DNA of 59,440 nt, from IMG/VR virus record IMGVR_UViG_3300031788_000016, positions 1 to 59,440 of that record, one strand, 5' to 3'. The notes under the pieces were generated by a model, which was not told the DNA's origin, searched no databases, and saw only the letters and a list, made by a program, of their open reading frames with translations. The position numbers and the translations under genes were made by a program. The stretch is from a virus. Taxonomy: Duplodnaviria; Caudoviricetes. Below are positions 55,150 through 59,440 of this stretch, one piece after another. Position 1 is the first letter of the stretch. Each line of letters opens with the position of its first letter.

Positions 55150-55222
55150 GCGTCTTTAGCTCAATTGGCAGAGCGGCCAGATCTAAACTGGCGGGTTGTG
55201 GGTTCGACTCCCACAGGACGCG
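55150..55222 (+). tRNA. Amber suppressor tRNA (anticodon CTA)
   Basis: GCGTCTT/AGGACGC, GCTC/GAGC, GCCAG-AT CTA AA-CTGGC, GTGGG-TTCGACT-CCCAC, G73; CCA not encoded. Confidence 0.9.
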
Positions 55223-55233
55223 ACACTTCAAGA

Positions 55234-55267
55234 GGCCTGGGCTTTTCAGCCCAGGCTTCTTCTTTTT
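55234..55267 (+). terminator. Intrinsic terminator
   Basis: GGCCTGGGCT-TTTC-AGCCCAGGCT plus T-run. Confidence 0.85.
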
Positions 55268-55545
55268 CAGGAATCGAGGATCGCGTAGACCTGGGTCATG
55301 ACCGCGCCGTTCTCGACATTGCCACCCGGCGTCAGCGGCGTCACCAGGATCGCATCGACATTGCCGCTGTCTTCATTCGGGATCGCGTTGAACAGATCCA
55401 CGATCTGATACAGGCAATTGGTGATCGAGCTTTTGTAGATGTCGCCCGCGTTCAGCCCGGTGGCCGGGAGCGAAGTGACGGCGAACAGCACGCCGCTCTT
55501 CCCGGTTGCAGCAGCGCCAGTGACGGTGAAAGCGGGAGTGGTCAT
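55267..55545 (-). CDS. Small hypothetical (possibly structural) protein
   Basis: SD AAGGA; 92 aa, beta-prone. Confidence 0.7.
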   Translation of the reverse strand: MTTPAFTVTGAAATGKSGVLFAVTSLPATGLNAGDIYKSSITNCLYQIVDLFNAIPNEDSGNVDAILVTPLTPGGNVENGAVMTQVYAILDS

Positions 55546-55574
55546 GATTTTTCCTTGGGGTTGTAGTCTATTTT

Positions 55575-56015
55575 ATGCCCCTCCCGAAGCCATACCCTGT
55601 CGCCATGCCGGCCGATATCAAAGTCATCGACTTCATCAATGGGCTCATCGTGCCCGAGTCCTGGCCGAACCCGGCCTATGCCGCAGGCCTCTACAATCTC
55701 GTGCAGCGCGTCTACCTGTGCCTCTTCTGTGAGGTGGGCGATGACGAAGACGATCCCACCTTTGGCGCCGGCATCCGCTCCACGCTCGGGCCTATCCAAG
55801 GCCCAACCAATGACGAGGCGACGCAGGCCGCGACGCTGATGCTGAAGAAGGTCCAGTCTGATCTCTCAGGCAACTCTTCTACCGACCCCTCTGAAGTGCT
55901 GACGGACCTGATCCTGAACAGCATCGACTACGACGAGACCGCCACCGCGTGGCGCCTCTCGATCACGATTGTGTCCGGCTCCACCAAGGCCACCATTGGC
56001 GTCTCGAACGCGTAA
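55575..56015 (+). CDS. Baseplate wedge gp25-like protein
   Basis: LVQRVYLCLF...DPTFGAGI motif, expected size, upstream of the baseplate J-like gene. Confidence 0.75.
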   Translation: MPLPKPYPVAMPADIKVIDFINGLIVPESWPNPAYAAGLYNLVQRVYLCLFCEVGDDEDDPTFGAGIRSTLGPIQGPTNDEATQAATLMLKKVQSDLSGNSSTDPSEVLTDLILNSIDYDETATAWRLSITIVSGSTKATIGVSNA

Positions 56016-56027
56016 GCGGAGAAAACG

Positions 56028-59000
56028 ATGGCTCTTGCCCTTCCCATTCGCGCTTTCATCCAGGACTACTGCCAGCGGGCATTCCCGACGAAAGACTTCG
56101 GCCGCGGTAGCGCCGCAAACGATCTGATCATCAAGGCCTACACCGGCCTGATGCAGCCGATCCGTCACGAGATCGACATGGTCAAAGTGAACCAGTCGAT
56201 CTCGAACTGGCAGGTGATGCGCCGGGAAGATCTCGATGCCATCTCTTCGAACTGGGGCCGCTTCCGCCAGACGGGCTCGACGTCCAGTGGCGTGGTGCGT
56301 CTCTACTTCAGCACCGTCGCGAACTACTCGCTCAGCAATCTCGTCTTCTACACCGCCGATGGCACGACCTTCAATCTCTCGGCTCCCATCTCCATCACCA
56401 CCGCGGACCTCTACGCGCGCCGTCTCGCTGACGGCACCTTCTACTACGACGTCGCCGTGCAATCGGTCGGCGTCGGCAACAGCTATGCCATCCCTGCCGG
56501 CGCGATCATCGGCGTGCAGAACCCGCCGCCCGGCATTATCCGCGTGGAGAATCCCACTGACTTCTCGATCACCTCGCCGGATCAGAGCAACTTCGACGTC
56601 GTCAACGCGATGTTCAAGAGCATCGGGTTGCAGAATCTCGTCGGCCGTGCCTCCACGCGTGCGCCTCTCCTCGACAACTACCCTGGGATCACTGATCTCT
56701 TCATCGCTGGTGTTGGTGATCCGCAAATGGTGCGCGATCTCGTCACGATCGTTTCCCCTGCCGGGAACATCCTCGTGCATCTGGGTGGGCTGGTCGACAT
56801 CTGGCTCAACACGAAGACGACGTCGCAGCAACAGCTGACGATCAGCTATCTGCCGTCTTCGCAGCAATTCAATATCGTCTCGGAAGACCAAGCCCAGGCC
56901 AATGAACTCGTCTTCGCATTCCAGCGCGGCATCCTCACGATCGAGGGGTTGTTCTGGAATCCCGATTCGCATGAGCCGCAACTCGATGAGAGCGTGGCCT
57001 TCAGCTTCGATCAGGACACCATCCCGGTCACCGGCTTCGTGGTGGGCTCCTTCGGTGTCGATCGTTTCGAGACCGCGAATCAAGACCTCGTCGCTGGCAG
57101 CGAACTCTTCGTGCTGCCCGGCCGCAATGGCGTCTCGTCTCTCGTCGGCGATCTCTTCGGCATCAGCTTCGCCCAGAGCAATCTCCAGGTCGGTGACATC
57201 CTCTACTACGGCGAGAACTACCGCCGCGTCACCGGGGTGGGTGGCCGTCTTCTCGATGTGAGCCCGTCCATCCAGAACGTGGTGAACGCCACCTATGTTG
57301 GCGCCCAGCTGCCCGCTGGCACGCTCACCATCCCGCTGACCTCCATCGGTGCCAGCGCCCGCGTGAACGACCGTCTGGTGGTCCCGGAGGGTGCTGCCGC
57401 CGGCATGTATCAGGTCCTGGCCGTGGCCACCAACTCTTTGATGGTGGGGCTGCCGCTGTCCGAGGGGGCTGTCGTCCACGCTGGCACCGATCTGAATCCC
57501 AACGTCCAGGTCTTCCAATACCGCAATCCCACCGGCGGACCGCCGCATCACCCGGCGACCATCGGCACGCAGTGCTACCTCTACTTCGGCAGCGATGACG
57601 GCTATACGCCGGCGCATTTCTTCCCGATCACGAGCGTGGTCATCGAAACGCTCTTCACGGAGATCCACATCTACGATCCGGGCAACGTCGCACAGACGCT
57701 CGGCTCAGTGGCGCAGATCATCTCCGGATTGGTGGGAGTCCTGCCGCAGAACAGCTTCTGCATCATCGAGCGTGACGATCAGGCCGTCTTCGAACAGTCG
57801 CCTCTGATCACTTTCCCCACCAACCACACCAAATACGTCAGTGAGTTGCCGTCGATCTTGGCCGCCACCACGACCACGCTCTCGGCCACCGGAATCGGCG
57901 CGACGGCCGACGTCGGCGATCTCATCGTCTTCTACAACCCGACCATCCCTGATGCCAACGTCGCCGCCACCGGCGGCGACGGCACCCGCTGCACCGTGCT
58001 CATCGATCAGGTGCTGGACCAGAACACCGTGGTCACGCGTCCTGCGCTGCCCTTCGACGTCGCCGCTGGCACCCGCTTCTCGGTGATGCGCAACAGCCAG
58101 TCGATCTCTTCGGCCGCGGTCAGCGCTGTCGATCTCGTCAACAACGTTGCCACCTTCTCCAGCTTCCCGCTCGGGCTTGGTGATGGCCTGGGGCTCTTCC
58201 TCAAATACGCCGGCGAATATTACACTGTTTTGTCGTCTCAAGTCGGTGCGGTGGTGACGCTTACGTTCGCGCCGCCGGTTAGCGTCATTCCAGTGACTCT
58301 AAATTCCGGCAGCTACACGGCGCCCACGCCGGCATCAAAGGGCAAGAGCGTTCAGCAGATCACCGGTGCCGCCACCTACAACGGTGTGCTCTACGACTAC
58401 GACAACACCGGTCTCATCTGGTACATCATCCCGAACAACCCGGGCACCGATCTCTTCGATGGCGTCGGCTACCAGATCCAGGTCTTCGGTGGCCAGGGCG
58501 TCGGCACGGAAGCCTCGTTCGCTGGCGCGCAGACGCAGGGCTACACCGGGCCGGTCGCGGGCGACATCGGCCTGCCCGTGCGCCAGGGCGCCTACAACGG
58601 CACGCTCATCTCCTACGACAACGGCACCTTCACGTGGGTTGTGCAGCCCGAGACGGGCGGCGATCTCTTCGACAATGAATCGGTGCTGACCTTCGTCGAT
58701 CTGGGCGGCGATACGCCTTCGGTCGGCCATGGCCAGGGCACCACCAATCAGACGCCGGCCGCCTCTTCGTTTGTCGGTGGTCCGGCCTCGGTGACGCTCG
58801 ATCGCCCGATCACGTTCGCCGCGACGGACACCGTGGATTTCTTCTCCCGGTTCGGTTTCTTGGGAACGAATTTCTCGTTGACGAGCGCGATCACCTATCC
58901 TGACAACACCCTGAACCCGCCCACGAATCTCAGCACCGTCGATCCTTCCAGCGACGTGCTGCAGATCCTCGCCGGAGCCGACCAGGACACCTACACCGTC

Positions 59001-59440
59001 TCCACCGCGGCAGCGCAGCAGCTGGGATTGGCCCAGCCGCAGCTGCCGGACGTGGTCCGCATCGCCAATGCGCCGCCGGCCACGCCATTCAGCCTGCTCT
59101 CCACGCTTCCGGCCGGCGCCACCACCATCAGCCAGACGAACATCGGCATCTACGGCGGCATCGGCCGCTGCGTTTTGATTGTCGGCCCCGGTGGTCAGCA
59201 GCTGCTGCCCATCATCGACGTGCTCGACCAGAACGATGTGATGGTGGGTGGCGGTGGCACCGCATTCGCCATCGCACCCTCCGCCGGCTACACCTGGGAG
59301 ATCGTCGAGGCGTTGCATCTGCCGTATTGGGTCACGCCCACCGTGGCGCTCACGCCCTATCGCCTCTTCCGTCCGCCGGCTGTCGTCAACATCCTGCAGC
59401 AATCCGCCACCGGCACGGTTGCGGACGCAAATCCGACGCA
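56028..59440 (+). CDS. Large baseplate J/gp6-like wedge protein (3' partial; not in ORF track)
   Basis: SD GGAG; LDAISSNWGRFRQTGSTSSGVVRLYF...VGVGNSYAIPAGAI...GVGDPQMVRD; frame appears open to the window end (spot-checked). Confidence 0.85.
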   Translation, partial: MALALPIRAFIQDYCQRAFPTKDFGRGSAANDLIIKAYTGLMQPIRHEIDMVKVNQSISNWQVMRREDLDAISSNWGRFRQTGSTSSGVVRLYFSTVANYSLSNLVFYTADGTTFNLSAPISITTADLYARRLADGTFYYDVAVQSVGVGNSYAIPAGAIIGVQNPPPGIIRVENPTDFSITSPDQSNFDVVNAMFKSIGLQNLVGRASTRAPLLDNYPGITDLFIAGVGDPQMVRDLVTIVSPAGNILVHLGGLVDIWLNTKTTSQQQLTISYLPSSQQFNIVSEDQAQANELVFAFQRGILTIEGLFWNPDSHEPQLDESVAFSFDQDTIPVTGFVVGSFGVDRFETANQDLVAGSELFVLPGRNGVSSLVGDLFGISFAQSNLQVGDILYYGENYRRVTGVGGRLLDVSPSIQNVVNATYVGAQLPAGTLTIPLTSIGASARVNDRLVVPEGAAAGMYQVLAVATNSLMVGLPLSEGAVVHAGTDLNPNVQVFQYRNPTGGPPHHPATIGTQCYLYFGSDDGYTPAHFFPITSVVIETLFTEIHIYDPGNVAQTLGSVAQIISGLVGVLPQNSFCIIERDDQAVFEQSPLITFPTNHTKYVSELPSILAATTTTLSATGIGATADVGDLIVFYNPTIPDANVAATGGDGTRCTVLIDQVLDQNTVVTRPALPFDVAAGTRFSVMRNSQSISSAAVSAVDLVNNVATFSSFPLGLGDGLGLFLKYAGEYYTVLSSQVGAVVTLTFAPPVSVIPVTLNSGSYTAPTPASKGKSVQQITGAATYNGVLYDYDNTGLIWYIIPNNPGTDLFDGVGYQIQVFGGQGVGTEASFAGAQTQGYTGPVAGDIGLPVRQGAYNGTLISYDNGTFTWVVQPETGGDLFDNESVLTFVDLGGDTPSVGHGQGTTNQTPAASSFVGGPASVTLDRPITFAATDTVDFFSRFGFLGTNFSLTSAITYPDNTLNPPTNLSTVDPSSDVLQILAGADQDTYTVSTAAAQQLGLAQPQLPDVVRIANAPPATPFSLLSTLPAGATTISQTNIGIYGGIGRCVLIVGPGGQQLLPIIDVLDQNDVMVGGGGTAFAIAPSAGYTWEIVEALHLPYWVTPTVALTPYRLFRPPAVVNILQQSATGTVADANPT

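Noticed and set aside
1-59440. Genome-wide TAG reassignment (code 15-like) suggested by the CTA tRNA
   Set aside because: Long genes are not broken by TAG, and several genes end cleanly at TAG (RNAP 33916, 22332, 23153, 30010, 30117, 31200).

Overview
GC-rich segment of a large contractile-tailed (myovirus-like, probably jumbo) phage genome. No host housekeeping genes, integrase or CRISPR array are visible. Layout: (1) 1-20.6 kb, minus strand, head/packaging module: HK97-fold major capsid protein, decoration protein, prohead protease, terminase, spike, many K-x-A/G-rich head proteins, one inserted HNH. (2) 20.7-31.9 kb, plus strand, accessory/early region of small unknown genes with a repeated GCTAAAA-N-GGTATAAG promoter-like motif, terminators, long hairpins, tRNAs and a second HNH. 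(3) 32-32.5 kb, minus strand, RNA operon: tRNA-Tyr-like, tRNA-Asn and an unidentified structured RNA, behind an attenuator-like leader. (4) 32.7-53.7 kb, minus strand: IPT/TIG protein, a single-chain beta-beta' RNA polymerase, a sigma factor, baseplate/tail genes, tape measure and a frameshifted tail chaperone. (5) An AT-rich origin-like gap. (6) A compact translation-related operon: a Pth2-like gene with an in-frame TAG at codon 3, two non-canonical tRNA-like genes and an amber-suppressor tRNA(CUA). (7) gp25-like and baseplate-J-like genes. Operon (6) is the strongest candidate for an undescribed system. All calls come from reading motifs and folding by eye; no database searches were run.
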